A stretch of DNA of 32,000 nucleotides, taken from positions 1,051,233 to 1,083,232 of the forward strand of contig CAWHHG010000002.1 of the NCBI GenBank assembly GCA_963829115.1. Direction: 5' to 3'. This stretch comes from an uncultured Chitinophagaceae bacterium (GTDB lineage Bacteria > Bacteroidota > Bacteroidia > Chitinophagales > Chitinophagaceae). Made by a program: the position numbers and the translations under genes. This document shows, one piece after another, positions 8,880-18,465 of the stretch; positions within the stretch are counted from its first letter, which is position 1, and every line of letters starts with the position of its first letter. The notes beneath the pieces were generated by a model. It worked only from the letters and a program-made list of their open reading frames with translations. It did no database searches and was not told where the DNA came from.

Positions 8880-9174
8880 GATGATGAATTTTAAGGGTAT
8901 AAAGGTAGGAAAACTCGAGAAGTAAGGAGTTGGAATGCCTTTCCAATTAAAGCCAGATGATCCCCTGGTCCCTATCAAACCAATGGTTCAATCCTGACAG
9001 CAAAGGAGGCGGGAAAAGCAGATGCAAAGGTAAGTTTGGAATTGCTGCTTGCCAGATTGCACAAGGTGAAGGAAATAAATGGACTGATATCTTCTCTATA
9101 AATCCCCCACATTTTTCCGAAAATTTGGTAAAGTGCATAAAATTGGAATTTTAAATTAAACGACCTTAGAGGCC

Positions 9175-12100
9175 ATGAATCCTACAGTGGACCAAATGGA
9201 AAAAGATCAGTTTTCAACTGGAAAGATCTCCAGGCTTGCGGCAGATCATTACGGTAAGGAGGTCAGCGCAACAAAACTAGTGGGTGAACTGGATTTGAAT
9301 TTTCTTCTTACGGAGCAAAAAGGGCAGCAATATGTATTAAAGATTGCTCATGCGGGTGAAAACCTGCTCCAGCTGCAAATGCAGAACGCCATAATCAAAC
9401 AATTGGGCGGTTCCGGTGGCAGACTGCATGTACAGGAAATTATTCCATCCAGTCAGGGCGAGGAGATCGTTTTTCTTGAACAGAAAGATGGGAGTCTGCG
9501 CTACATGCGTCTACTTAGTTGGATTGAAGGCAAGCCATTGGCAAAATTTGCGCCACATTCTGCTTCCCTCCTATTTAAGGTTGGCGCTTTTTGTGGAAAT
9601 CTTTGCCAGGCTTTGAAAGGATTTGATCATCCAGGAGCACACCGATTCATGAAATGGGATCCTTCCCAGGCCAAATGGATAAAACCCCATCTGGATAAGT
9701 TTTCCGGCGAGCGGGGAGCAGTGGTACGATACTTTTATTCACAATTTGAAACGATTGCATTTCCTGCACTCGAAGGGCTTCGAAAAAGCATCAACTACAA
9801 TGATGCAAATGATTATAATATCCTCTTGACAGCTGCGGCAGAGGGACCCGAAGTTGCAGGTGTCATTGATTTTGGTGATGCCGTCTATACGCATACAGCG
9901 AACGAACTAGCTATCGCGATTGCCTATGCGACAATGAATAAGCCGGATCCGCTGGAAGCAGCAACTCATATCGTGTCCGGATTTCATAGCGCGTTTCCGC
10001 TCACAGCCATGGAGATCAGGGTCCTTTTACCTCTCATCACTACCCGGCTGCTCATTAGCGTGGTTTGTGCAGAACTCAACCGCAGGGACGAGCCTGCAAA
10101 TGAATATTTGCAAATCAGTGATGAGCCGGCATGGGATCTTCTTGGAAAATGGAGAAAAACAGATCTGTCTTTTGCAGAAGCTTCATTCAGGCATGCCTGC
10201 GGTCTGATTCCTTCTCCAAAAGAAGAGCTCTTCAGGAAATGGATCAAAGGAAATCATTCAAAGTCCATTTCGCCCCTTGCTTTTGAAAAACCCGCCTGGC
10301 TCGATCTCAGTGTCGGGAGCATTGAACTTGGCAATGCCCGGAATTTGTCAGATGCCGATGCACTGGATAGCAAAATTATGTCCATGGCCAGGTCAAAAAC
10401 CAGCGACATCGTTTTAGGAAAATACAATGAAGCGCGTGCAATTTATTCCTCTCCGGCATTTGAGCAGGCCGGGAACAACGGGCCGGTCTGGCGAACAATT
10501 CATATAGGGCTTGACTTTTTTGCTACACCTGGAACGGCAGTGAATGCAGTCCTGGATGGAACAGTCCATAGTTTTGCCAATAACAATGCAGAAAGGGATT
10601 ATGGGCCGACAATTATTCTGGAGCACCGGATTTCAAACGAATTGTGTTTTTACTCGCTATATGGCCACCTCTCAGTAACCTCACTGCAAAATATTTCTGT
10701 TGGTAAGCAAGTGCATGCGGGCGAAAAAATAGCGGAAGTTGGAGATCGGAAGTCCAATGGCAACTGGACTCCGCACCTGCATTTCCAAGTGATTATGGAT
10801 ATGCTTGGCCAGCAGGGAGATTTTCCCGGGGTTTGCAATCCCGGAGAGGCTCCCGTCTGGCTTAGCCTTTGTCCCGATCCGTGGCTTCTGATCAAGGGGG
10901 AAGCTTCGCCGCAGGAGAATAAGATCTCAAACGATGAGATCATATCATTTCGCAGACAGCACGTGGGAAAAAATTTGAGCATTTCATATAAGGAGCCCAT
11001 CCGCATGGTACGCGGTGATGGTCAATGGCTGATCGACGATTCAGGCCGAAAGTATTTGGATACGGTGAACAATGTGGCGCATGTCGGTCACGAACATCCA
11101 CGGGTGGTTGCTGCAGGACAGGCGCAGATGGCAGTTCTCAATACGAATACAAGATATCTCCATGAAAATCTATTAAAATTTGTTCGAGAACTCCTCCTCA
11201 CTCTTCCCCCCAAACTCAATGTGGCATTCCTCGTCAATTCCGGTAGCGAGGCCAATGAACTTGCCCTCCGGCTTGCAAAGAATTATACAGGACAGGCAGA
11301 TATGATTGTATCTGAAGTCGGGTACCATGGCAATACAAATGCCTGTGTTGAAATCAGTTCCTACAAGTTCGATGGTCCGGGTGGAAAAGGGAGGCCCCCC
11401 CATATTCATGTTATACCGATTCCAGACAGCTTTCGGGGCATATACAGGGCAGACGATTCCGATGCTGGACTCAAATATGCAAGCCATGTGAAGCAAGCCA
11501 TACATGGAATCCTCGAAGAAAAGAGAAAACCTGCGGCATTGATTTTTGAATCGGTCATCAGTTGCGGTGGACAAGTAGAATTGCCCGAGCGTTTTTTGAA
11601 ATCCGCATATGAATACACCCGCACCGCCGGAGGTGTTTGTATCGCAGATGAAGTGCAGACAGGGTGCGGGCGCGCGGGCGATCATTTTTGGGCCTTCGAA
11701 GCCCATGGTGTTGTTCCCGATATTGTCACCATTGGAAAACCTATCGGCAATGGTCACCCGCTGGGTGTGGTCGTAACCACGCAGGAGCTGGCGGATGCAT
11801 TTAAAAATGGAATGGAATATTTCAATACGTTCGGCGGGAATCCAGTATCCTGCGCCATCGGGTATGAAGTGTTGCGGGTAATTAAGGAGGAGGGGCTTCA
11901 AAAAAACGCCCTCGAAGTAGGCAACTATTTGAAAACCGGGTTAAGAAATCTTATGAAGAAATTTGAAATCATCGGTGATGTGCGGGGGCCAGGACTTTTT
12001 ATAGGCTTCGAACTGGTAAGGGATCGGATAAGCAAGGGGCCGGCAACGAATCAGGCGGCTTATTTCATCAATCGCATGCGCGAGATGGGAATCCTGATGA

Positions 12101-12231
12101 GTACGGATGGCCCGCATAATAATGTCTTAAAAATCAAACCGCCCATTGTGTTCACAAAAAGCAATTCAGATTTTCTGCTTGATTCTATTGAAAAAGTATT
12201 GAGAGAAGATTTTATGCAGGTTGGATCCTGA
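9175..12231 (+). CDS. Tri-domain fusion: hydroxylysine-kinase-like APH-fold kinase + M23 metallopeptidase domain + class-III PLP phospho-lyase/aminotransferase
   Basis: 1018 aa with no signal peptide or TM segment. aa 1-~340: YVLKI...[13 protein letters not shown]...GVIDFGD (kinase catalytic loop and DFG-like motif). aa ~415-545: HIGLD (H443/D447), YGHL, HLH (H534/H536). aa ~590-1018: [45 protein letters not shown] (K855), which matches the ETNPPL/PHYKPL subgroup pattern by eye. Confidence 0.85.
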   Translation: MNPTVDQMEKDQFSTGKISRLAADHYGKEVSATKLVGELDLNFLLTEQKGQQYVLKIAHAGENLLQLQMQNAIIKQLGGSGGRLHVQEIIPSSQGEEIVFLEQKDGSLRYMRLLSWIEGKPLAKFAPHSASLLFKVGAFCGNLCQALKGFDHPGAHRFMKWDPSQAKWIKPHLDKFSGERGAVVRYFYSQFETIAFPALEGLRKSINYNDANDYNILLTAAAEGPEVAGVIDFGDAVYTHTANELAIAIAYATMNKPDPLEAATHIVSGFHSAFPLTAMEIRVLLPLITTRLLISVVCAELNRRDEPANEYLQISDEPAWDLLGKWRKTDLSFAEASFRHACGLIPSPKEELFRKWIKGNHSKSISPLAFEKPAWLDLSVGSIELGNARNLSDADALDSKIMSMARSKTSDIVLGKYNEARAIYSSPAFEQAGNNGPVWRTIHIGLDFFATPGTAVNAVLDGTVHSFANNNAERDYGPTIILEHRISNELCFYSLYGHLSVTSLQNISVGKQVHAGEKIAEVGDRKSNGNWTPHLHFQVIMDMLGQQGDFPGVCNPGEAPVWLSLCPDPWLLIKGEASPQENKISNDEIISFRRQHVGKNLSISYKEPIRMVRGDGQWLIDDSGRKYLDTVNNVAHVGHEHPRVVAAGQAQMAVLNTNTRYLHENLLKFVRELLLTLPPKLNVAFLVNSGSEANELALRLAKNYTGQADMIVSEVGYHGNTNACVEISSYKFDGPGGKGRPPHIHVIPIPDSFRGIYRADDSDAGLKYASHVKQAIHGILEEKRKPAALIFESVISCGGQVELPERFLKSAYEYTRTAGGVCIADEVQTGCGRAGDHFWAFEAHGVVPDIVTIGKPIGNGHPLGVVVTTQELADAFKNGMEYFNTFGGNPVSCAIGYEVLRVIKEEGLQKNALEVGNYLKTGLRNLMKKFEIIGDVRGPGLFIGFELVRDRISKGPATNQAAYFINRMREMGILMSTDGPHNNVLKIKPPIVFTKSNSDFLLDSIEKVLREDFMQVGS

Positions 12232-12367
12232 GTTTTTCACTCCAACTCTATACAGGTTTCATCCGAAAAAGTATTTTATCATGACGCCAATTATTCAGTT
12301 TCTGCGGGCTCAATTTTCAGGAATCTATCCAGCAAATCTTCCTGTCTTCCCTGCACAAAGGAATTTT

Positions 12368-13450
12368 TCATTTTTCCCTTTGGTGTTCCGCTTCATAATG
12401 TTTCTTTAATACATCTTCCCCGAATTCATTTCCTTTTTCCCTCCATATGGAATGAATATGGTTGGCGGTTCTTCTTGGACCGCCATTGTCATCAAATTCT
12501 ATTATGAAAGTGGGGCCATTCAGAATGTAATAATGTGCTTTCATTTCTTCGCTTTCTCCTATCCATCCAAAATAAATATTTTCAATACCGGCTTTCAAAA
12601 TCTTACCATATTCAACCATGGCTTTATCGTACTCCAGGTTGAAGACAAATTCGCGCACAATTTTCAGTAGGATCTCCTGTTGTTTCTTGTTGAGTGCTGA
12701 ACCTTTTATTCCCCAATAATCGACAAGACGTTTTCCGCTTTCAGCAGCAGTGATGATGTCTTGGGGTGCTTCCTTGCTTAGCACTGCTTTTTGTTTTTGC
12801 TCCGGGCTCAAACTATTGAGCAATTTCATTCCAAAATCTTCTTCCATGCCGAGTACCCGCCATCCTGCATATTCACCCACAGGATATTCTGCAGGGTCCG
12901 TGCCTACAAACATTGGAGTCACTGTTAATTTCTTATAGAGAAATGCAAAATTCAGTGAGAGGTGATGGCCTTCCAGTTTGAAGGACCAAACGCTATCCAC
13001 AATAGGATTTCCGAAAATGGCAAAGAAATAATTTTTGTGGCTCCATTTCAGGTCTTTTAAAAATTGATAAACCGTATCATTAAATTCCTTTCTTTGGTAC
13101 AATGTATCATAGAACGCATTGATCAGATTGTCAAGATGCATAATGCTTGTTGCTTTCAGATAGCCCTGTGAACTCAAAGAAGCTGCTAGGATTCGGTGCA
13201 GCAGTCTTCGTTGATCATTGGATAAATTTCCAATGCTGATCCCGGCCCTGGCCCTGAGCCCCACGGGAAGATTGTTCCACTTAATGCGGGCCGTGTCGGA
13301 GAATTCATATAGCGCAGACCGCTTTTGGAGCGGAGTGAGGCTATCTATGAAAGTCTCTACCGATTTGGTGATCTCCGTTATATTGTCCTGGCAAAATGCT
13401 GATTGAAAAAAGAAACCAAGGATGAGCAGCAAGGCAATATGTTTGGGCAT
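12368..13450 (-). CDS. DUF3500-family secreted protein
   Basis: 360 aa with a signal peptide. LTPLQKRSALYEFSD..R..W.N.P, LEGHHLSLNF and ANHIHSIWRE fit the DUF3500 pattern as I recall it. Confidence 0.7.
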   Translation of the reverse strand: MPKHIALLLILGFFFQSAFCQDNITEITKSVETFIDSLTPLQKRSALYEFSDTARIKWNNLPVGLRARAGISIGNLSNDQRRLLHRILAASLSSQGYLKATSIMHLDNLINAFYDTLYQRKEFNDTVYQFLKDLKWSHKNYFFAIFGNPIVDSVWSFKLEGHHLSLNFAFLYKKLTVTPMFVGTDPAEYPVGEYAGWRVLGMEEDFGMKLLNSLSPEQKQKAVLSKEAPQDIITAAESGKRLVDYWGIKGSALNKKQQEILLKIVREFVFNLEYDKAMVEYGKILKAGIENIYFGWIGESEEMKAHYYILNGPTFIIEFDDNGGPRRTANHIHSIWREKGNEFGEDVLKKHYEAEHQREK

Positions 13451-13795
13451 GGCCGGAATTTAAAGTAGAAAATATTATGGAAGCCTGATTGACGAAAGGT
13501 GGGATTTCAGAAAAGCACGATCAACATCTGCCATATGAATTCGTTATGGCATACTAACCTACAACAAAAAAAATTGTTATAGTCTGTTCAGGCAAAAATA
13601 GTCTGGAAAATTCAGGTATCAGGCTTTAGGCTGCCCATGTTTGTCGAAAAATGACAGAAATAATGGTTCCGGGAGAGTTCCGCGAAAAGAAATAGCCTCA
13701 GCCTTTGAAAGACCCTATTCATTCCCGGTGGAAAGGAAGCAGGATTTCTTATTCTCAATTGCCCGACAGTCCCGCAAATCAATTAATTTGTGTGA

Positions 13796-15700
13796 ATGAA
13801 ATGGGCCCTTCAATTTTATGGGCAATTCAAACGACTCCTATTTGCAGGACTGTCACTCCTTCTCATTCATTCCATCCTCCGCATTCTATTTTGGGTCTAT
13901 AACCGGGCGTTTTTCATGGGACTCGGCAATGGGGAAACATTTCACATTTTGTATAGCGGGATAAAGCAGGACTTTATGAGCCTCCTCATCCTGAATTCTA
14001 TTCCCATGGTCCTCCTATTTGCAGGTGAATATTTTCCGGAAGGCAGAAAGTACCAGTACCTATTGGGAAAATTGATTTTTGTCTTGATCAACGCACTGGG
14101 CGTTGCTTTGAATGTGCTGGATATCGGTTATTTCAGTTATAGCCTGCATAGAACAAATTTTGATTTGCTCTTTGTGATGATTGATTCCATGCAGTCCTTT
14201 AAAAGCCTGATCCACGATTATTGGTTCCTTGTGGTATTCTTTGCCATCCTGGTTTGGATCATTTCAAGGATTGGCCGGTATCTCTTTCGGTTCAAAGAAG
14301 ATTCTCACCGCAACTTTCTGACAACACTTGCAAATCAATTGGTGTTTTTGCTAATATTGGCCCTGGTAGTGAAGCGGCCAAACGCGAACCTGGTCCTTCC
14401 TGGTTCACCGCTTTTATCCGTAGGGCCGGCTCGGCTCCCGGTTGCACAAAACAGTTTTTACACTTTTGCATATTCCCTGCTGCGGAGCCAGAAACAGATC
14501 CGGCAAAAAAATTATTACTCCCAAAATCAATTGGATAGCCTGGTCAAATCTGTATATGTCCTGGACGCGAAAGGTGATATGAAAAAGAAAAATGTGGTGA
14601 TCTTTATTTTGGAGAGCTTTTCCCGCGGATACCTTTTGGCAGGGAATCCACTAAAAGCAAATACGCCTTTTTTCGACTCCCTCATCAGTCAAAGTATATT
14701 TTTCCCCAATGCTTTTGCCAATGGATTTAATTCCAACCAGGGGATCGTATCCATTTTGGGTGGCCTACCTGCATTTCTCGACGAGCCATTTTATTATTCA
14801 GTTTATGCGAATACGCCCCTGCATGGAATTGGAAATATTTTAAAAGAGAAAGGATATAATACGAGCTTTTTCATGGGGGCTAAAAAGGACCATTTTGGAT
14901 TCGAAAAATTCGGCAGGATAGCAGGCATCGAAGAATATTACTGGCGGGATCAGTTCAATGACGAAACTGCATTTGATGGAAACTGGGGCATTTTTGATGA
15001 GCCCTTTCTACAATACGGCGCGGGCGTTCTTTCCAAAAAGGCGCAGCCATTTCTTGCTGTATTCTTCAATATCTCCTCTCATCCCCCATTTACGATCCCT
15101 GCATCGCATCAACTGGATTTTATTTTTCCCAATCAAACGCCGGCTCAGCGTGCCATCAGTTATGTTGATTTTGCATTCAGGAAATTTTTTCAGCGGATCT
15201 CCAAAGAACCCTGGTTCCGGGAAACGGTATTTGTATTTTGTGCAGATCATTACCTATACGCAGGCAATGGTTCGAGACAAAATGGGTTAACCGTTTCTGA
15301 AATTCCTATTTTTATTTTCCAGCCGGGGAAAAAAGGCGGTCACTACGATCCTTCGGTCATCAGCCAGGTTGATCTGGGTCCTTCCATCCTGCACTTGCTA
15401 AATTATAATGGTCGTATTGCCGGGTTTGGTAAAGATATTTTTGACACGGTGACCAATGAACATTATGCCTTGAATAAGCCTGGCCATACCTATCAGATTT
15501 TTTCAGGGGATTGGCTCTTTGGATATGATTTGACCAATGATCATGCACAATACTTATACCATTACCGGAATGATTCTATGCTGACCAAAAACCTGCTCGA
15601 TTCAGGATCTGCGCAGGGCGTGAGAAACAGACTGGAAAAAGTCTTAAAGGCAAATATCCAGTTGTACCAGAAAGATTTGCTCAATCGTAGCCTGGAGTGA
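13796..15700 (+). CDS. LTA-synthase-family / sulfatase-like (alkaline-phosphatase superfamily) membrane protein
   Basis: 634 aa. About 5 N-terminal TM helices precede an extracytoplasmic domain with VVIFILESFS..., FFPNAFANG..SNQG and FCADH, as in LtaS/sulfatase-fold enzymes. Confidence 0.75.
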   Translation: MKWALQFYGQFKRLLFAGLSLLLIHSILRILFWVYNRAFFMGLGNGETFHILYSGIKQDFMSLLILNSIPMVLLFAGEYFPEGRKYQYLLGKLIFVLINALGVALNVLDIGYFSYSLHRTNFDLLFVMIDSMQSFKSLIHDYWFLVVFFAILVWIISRIGRYLFRFKEDSHRNFLTTLANQLVFLLILALVVKRPNANLVLPGSPLLSVGPARLPVAQNSFYTFAYSLLRSQKQIRQKNYYSQNQLDSLVKSVYVLDAKGDMKKKNVVIFILESFSRGYLLAGNPLKANTPFFDSLISQSIFFPNAFANGFNSNQGIVSILGGLPAFLDEPFYYSVYANTPLHGIGNILKEKGYNTSFFMGAKKDHFGFEKFGRIAGIEEYYWRDQFNDETAFDGNWGIFDEPFLQYGAGVLSKKAQPFLAVFFNISSHPPFTIPASHQLDFIFPNQTPAQRAISYVDFAFRKFFQRISKEPWFRETVFVFCADHYLYAGNGSRQNGLTVSEIPIFIFQPGKKGGHYDPSVISQVDLGPSILHLLNYNGRIAGFGKDIFDTVTNEHYALNKPGHTYQIFSGDWLFGYDLTNDHAQYLYHYRNDSMLTKNLLDSGSAQGVRNRLEKVLKANIQLYQKDLLNRSLE

Positions 15701-16081
15701 TCATTTTTTTCCTTCCAGAGAATTGACGTATTCCAGAGAACCCAGCCTGAATTTTAGCGGGAGATGCGAATTTTTTTCAAATGACCATTCCATTTTGCAA
15801 ATAAAGCCCAGATGCTGGGTATAGAAGTCCATGGGCAGGATAGCTGCCAGGGAGGGGAAACCAGGAAAACCGGATGGCTGTTTGGTGACAAGCGCCAGGG
15901 ACGGAATAAAATTCCCCTTGCTTTCCTCCAAAGCCGCTACTGGCTTGGCTTTGAAGACAAGTGCTTCAGGCAAAGTTTGCTCCCGCAGGGCCACACTTTT
16001 TTGAGCCAACAGCCTCCCATTTAAAATAATGAGCACCAGGGCAACAATAAAAGTGATATTTCGTTTGGCCGCTATCTTCAT
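15701..16081 (-). CDS. Hypothetical exported protein
   Basis: 126-aa ORF with an N-terminal hydrophobic signal/anchor (ITFIVALVLIILNGRLLAQ). No family recognised. Divergent from rpoN. Confidence 0.4.
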   Translation of the reverse strand: MKIAAKRNITFIVALVLIILNGRLLAQKSVALREQTLPEALVFKAKPVAALEESKGNFIPSLALVTKQPSGFPGFPSLAAILPMDFYTQHLGFICKMEWSFEKNSHLPLKFRLGSLEYVNSLEGKK

Positions 16082-16170
16082 ATTTGTATGTAAATTTACG
16101 GCGCGATTTTTGTGGGAAGGGCCAATTTTTCAAATAAATTTTGGCTTAGCCAGGCAAAACCCCCTTTTAC

Positions 16171-17658
16171 ATGGCATTAAGTCAATCATTACAGCAGAAA
16201 CTCCTTCAAAAGCTATCCCCGCAGCAGATTCAACTGATGAAACTGCTCCAGGTTCCTACAGCCAACCTGGAAGAGCGGATCAAGGAAGAATTGGAAGAAA
16301 ACCCAGCACTTGAAGTGACGGAAGAGAATCACGAAGATGGGCTCACGGAGGACAGCAAGGATGAATTTGAAAGCACTGATGATGAATTCGAATCAGAAGG
16401 AAGTGAGGATGAATATGATAATATTGATCTCAGTGAATATGTAAGCGCGCATGATGACGATGTTTCTGATTACAAGCTGCGGGATGACAATTACCCGGAA
16501 ATGGATGATAAGAAGACCATTCCCCACAAGATTGAAACTACTTTTCACGAGTTATTGCTTGATCAGCTGGGCTTGCTGAAATTAGACGACCGGAGCCGCC
16601 GCATTGCCGAACAAATTACAGGAAGCATTGATGATGATGGATATTTGAGAAGAGAAACCGCTTCGATTGTGGATGATCTCGCATTCAGGCAAAATATAGA
16701 AACCACAGAGAAAGAAGTGGAAGAGCTGATCGCCAAGATCCAGCAATTTGACCCTCCGGGTGTGGCGGCGAGAAATTTGCAGGAATGTCTTTTGCTCCAG
16801 CTGAACCGAAAAAGAACAGAGGGCAAAAGCGTAGAACTAGCTATTGAGGTTCTTTCCTATTATTTCGAAGAATTCACCAAGAAGCATTATGACAAGATCC
16901 AGCGTGGACTGAATCTGAATGAAGAGGATTTCAGGGATATCATCAAGCAGATCATCAGGCTCAATCCCAAGCCCGGTGGAAACCTGAGCGAATCAAGTCA
17001 AATGGAAAGCTATGTGGTTCCGGACTTTTTTATTTTCAATAACAATGGAATGCTCGAGCTGACGCTGAACTCCAGGAATGCGCCAGATCTTCGGATCAGT
17101 GATGGCTACCGGGAGATGCTCAGGGATTATGAGAAGGGAACCAAAAAAGATAAACGTCAAAAAGAAGCCGTACTCTTCATTAAACAAAAGATTGACGCGG
17201 CGAAATGGTTTATTGATGCAATCAAACAAAGACAGCAGACCCTGCTAAGCACCATGCAGACCATTATGGATTATCAGCATGAGTTCTTTCTCACCGGGGA
17301 TGAAACTGTATTGAAGCCAATGATCCTGAAAGATATTGCGGAAAGGACCGGCCTGGACATTTCTACAGTGAGCCGGGTGGCAAACAGCAAGTTTGTTCAA
17401 ACCGAATTCGGAACCTATCGCCTTAAATTCTTCTTCAGTGAATCCCTTAGTACAGACAGCGGCGAAGAAGTTTCTACAAGAGAGGTAAAGAAGATTCTCA
17501 GTGACATGATCGAAGGGGAAAGCAAGAAAAAGCCATTGAGTGATGAGAGACTGACTGAACTCTTACAGGAAAAAGGATATAATATTGCACGCAGAACGGT
17601 AGCAAAATACAGGGAACAGTTAAATATCCCCGTTGCCCGCCTAAGAAAAGAATTATGA
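16171..17658 (+). CDS. rpoN: RNA polymerase sigma-54 factor
   Basis: 495 aa. Region I LQQKLLQKLSPQQIQLMKLLQ, an acidic linker, and a C-terminal HTH plus RpoN box (ARRTVAKYREQLNIP). Confidence 0.95.
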   Translation: MALSQSLQQKLLQKLSPQQIQLMKLLQVPTANLEERIKEELEENPALEVTEENHEDGLTEDSKDEFESTDDEFESEGSEDEYDNIDLSEYVSAHDDDVSDYKLRDDNYPEMDDKKTIPHKIETTFHELLLDQLGLLKLDDRSRRIAEQITGSIDDDGYLRRETASIVDDLAFRQNIETTEKEVEELIAKIQQFDPPGVAARNLQECLLLQLNRKRTEGKSVELAIEVLSYYFEEFTKKHYDKIQRGLNLNEEDFRDIIKQIIRLNPKPGGNLSESSQMESYVVPDFFIFNNNGMLELTLNSRNAPDLRISDGYREMLRDYEKGTKKDKRQKEAVLFIKQKIDAAKWFIDAIKQRQQTLLSTMQTIMDYQHEFFLTGDETVLKPMILKDIAERTGLDISTVSRVANSKFVQTEFGTYRLKFFFSESLSTDSGEEVSTREVKKILSDMIEGESKKKPLSDERLTELLQEKGYNIARRTVAKYREQLNIPVARLRKEL

Positions 17659-17679
17659 TTCCCCTGGCTCTGCGAGTTT

Positions 17680-17687
17680 TACATTTG
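17680..17687 (+). promoter_or_regulatory. Candidate -7 box TACATTTG (TAnnTTTG)
   Basis: Exact consensus match 8 nt before ATG 17696 and 20 nt before the second ATG at 17708. This spacing favours 17708 as the true start of the next gene. Confidence 0.3.
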
Positions 17688-17695
17688 TATACTAT

Positions 17696-18352
17696 ATGCA
17701 AGTAGAGATGTCCAAAACTGAAAGGAGAAATCCACTCATTCGATTCCTTGCCCATCTTATTTCCATTGTATTTCATCCTTTGCTGATCACGAGTTATGTG
17801 GTTGCATTTCTTCTTTTTGTTCATCCATTTCTTTTTGCAGGATTTGGAAACCAACTCAAGACATTTCGCTTTCTCTCCGTGTTTATTACCTCATTCTTTA
17901 TGCCCGTTTTTTCCATATTCCTTTGTTGGCGGCTTGGTTTTGTCCAGTCCATGCTATTGAAATCAGCAAGAGAGCGGATCATTCCATACGCAATTGTCAT
18001 GGTATTTTACTTTTGGGTTTGGTATGTGTACCATAACCAGGAAGAAAACCCGCCGGAATCCGTAGCATTTTTGCTGGGAAGTTTTCTGGCGGTTTGCGGA
18101 GCATGGTTTTGTAATATTTTTTTTAAGATCAGCATGCATGCTACGGCTGCGGGCGGCCTCGCGATGTTTTTTGTCCTATTTTCTTTTCATGATCCTTATG
18201 CATCGGGATTGTATTTATCCCTGGCCATCCTTGTTGCCGGATTGATTTGCAGCGCAAGACTAATCGTTTCGGATCATCATCCTGGAGACATTTATGCAGG
18301 CCTTCTCGTGGGAATGATCTCAGAAGCTTTGGGATGGGCTATTAATGGATGA
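17696..18352 (+). CDS. PAP2-superfamily-like integral membrane protein
   Basis: 218 aa, about 6 TM helices. PAP2-like motifs are spaced correctly: KSARERIIP (C1, degenerate), ISMH (C2, SxH) and SARLIVSDHHPGD (C3, R-x5-H-x3-D). An alternative start is 17708. Confidence 0.5.
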   Translation: MQVEMSKTERRNPLIRFLAHLISIVFHPLLITSYVVAFLLFVHPFLFAGFGNQLKTFRFLSVFITSFFMPVFSIFLCWRLGFVQSMLLKSARERIIPYAIVMVFYFWVWYVYHNQEENPPESVAFLLGSFLAVCGAWFCNIFFKISMHATAAGGLAMFFVLFSFHDPYASGLYLSLAILVAGLICSARLIVSDHHPGDIYAGLLVGMISEALGWAING

Positions 18353-18465
18353 GGTCTGGCAGCATGCTGAACAATTCAATTCAATTAAAAAGAAAAGCCC
18401 AATCATAGGGTACGATCCTATATTGAGCCTTTTCACCTTCAAACCATCTGAAGTTTACGTCCGCG

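Noticed and set aside
8985-8994. GGTTCAATCC, a tRNA T-loop-like string
   Set aside because: The flanking bases do not form a T-stem, and no acceptor or anticodon arms can be drawn. It is not a tRNA.
9037-9052. Sigma-54-like TGG...TTGC element upstream of the fusion gene (rpoN is in the window)
   Set aside because: The distance from GG to GC is 13 nt rather than the strict 12, and the -24 element is TGGAAT rather than TGGCAC. This is not convincing.
11173-11901. 242-aa ORF antisense to the PLP domain of the fusion gene
   Set aside because: It lies fully inside a strongly supported CDS on the other strand. Its translation has no recognisable family and looks like mirror-frame noise.
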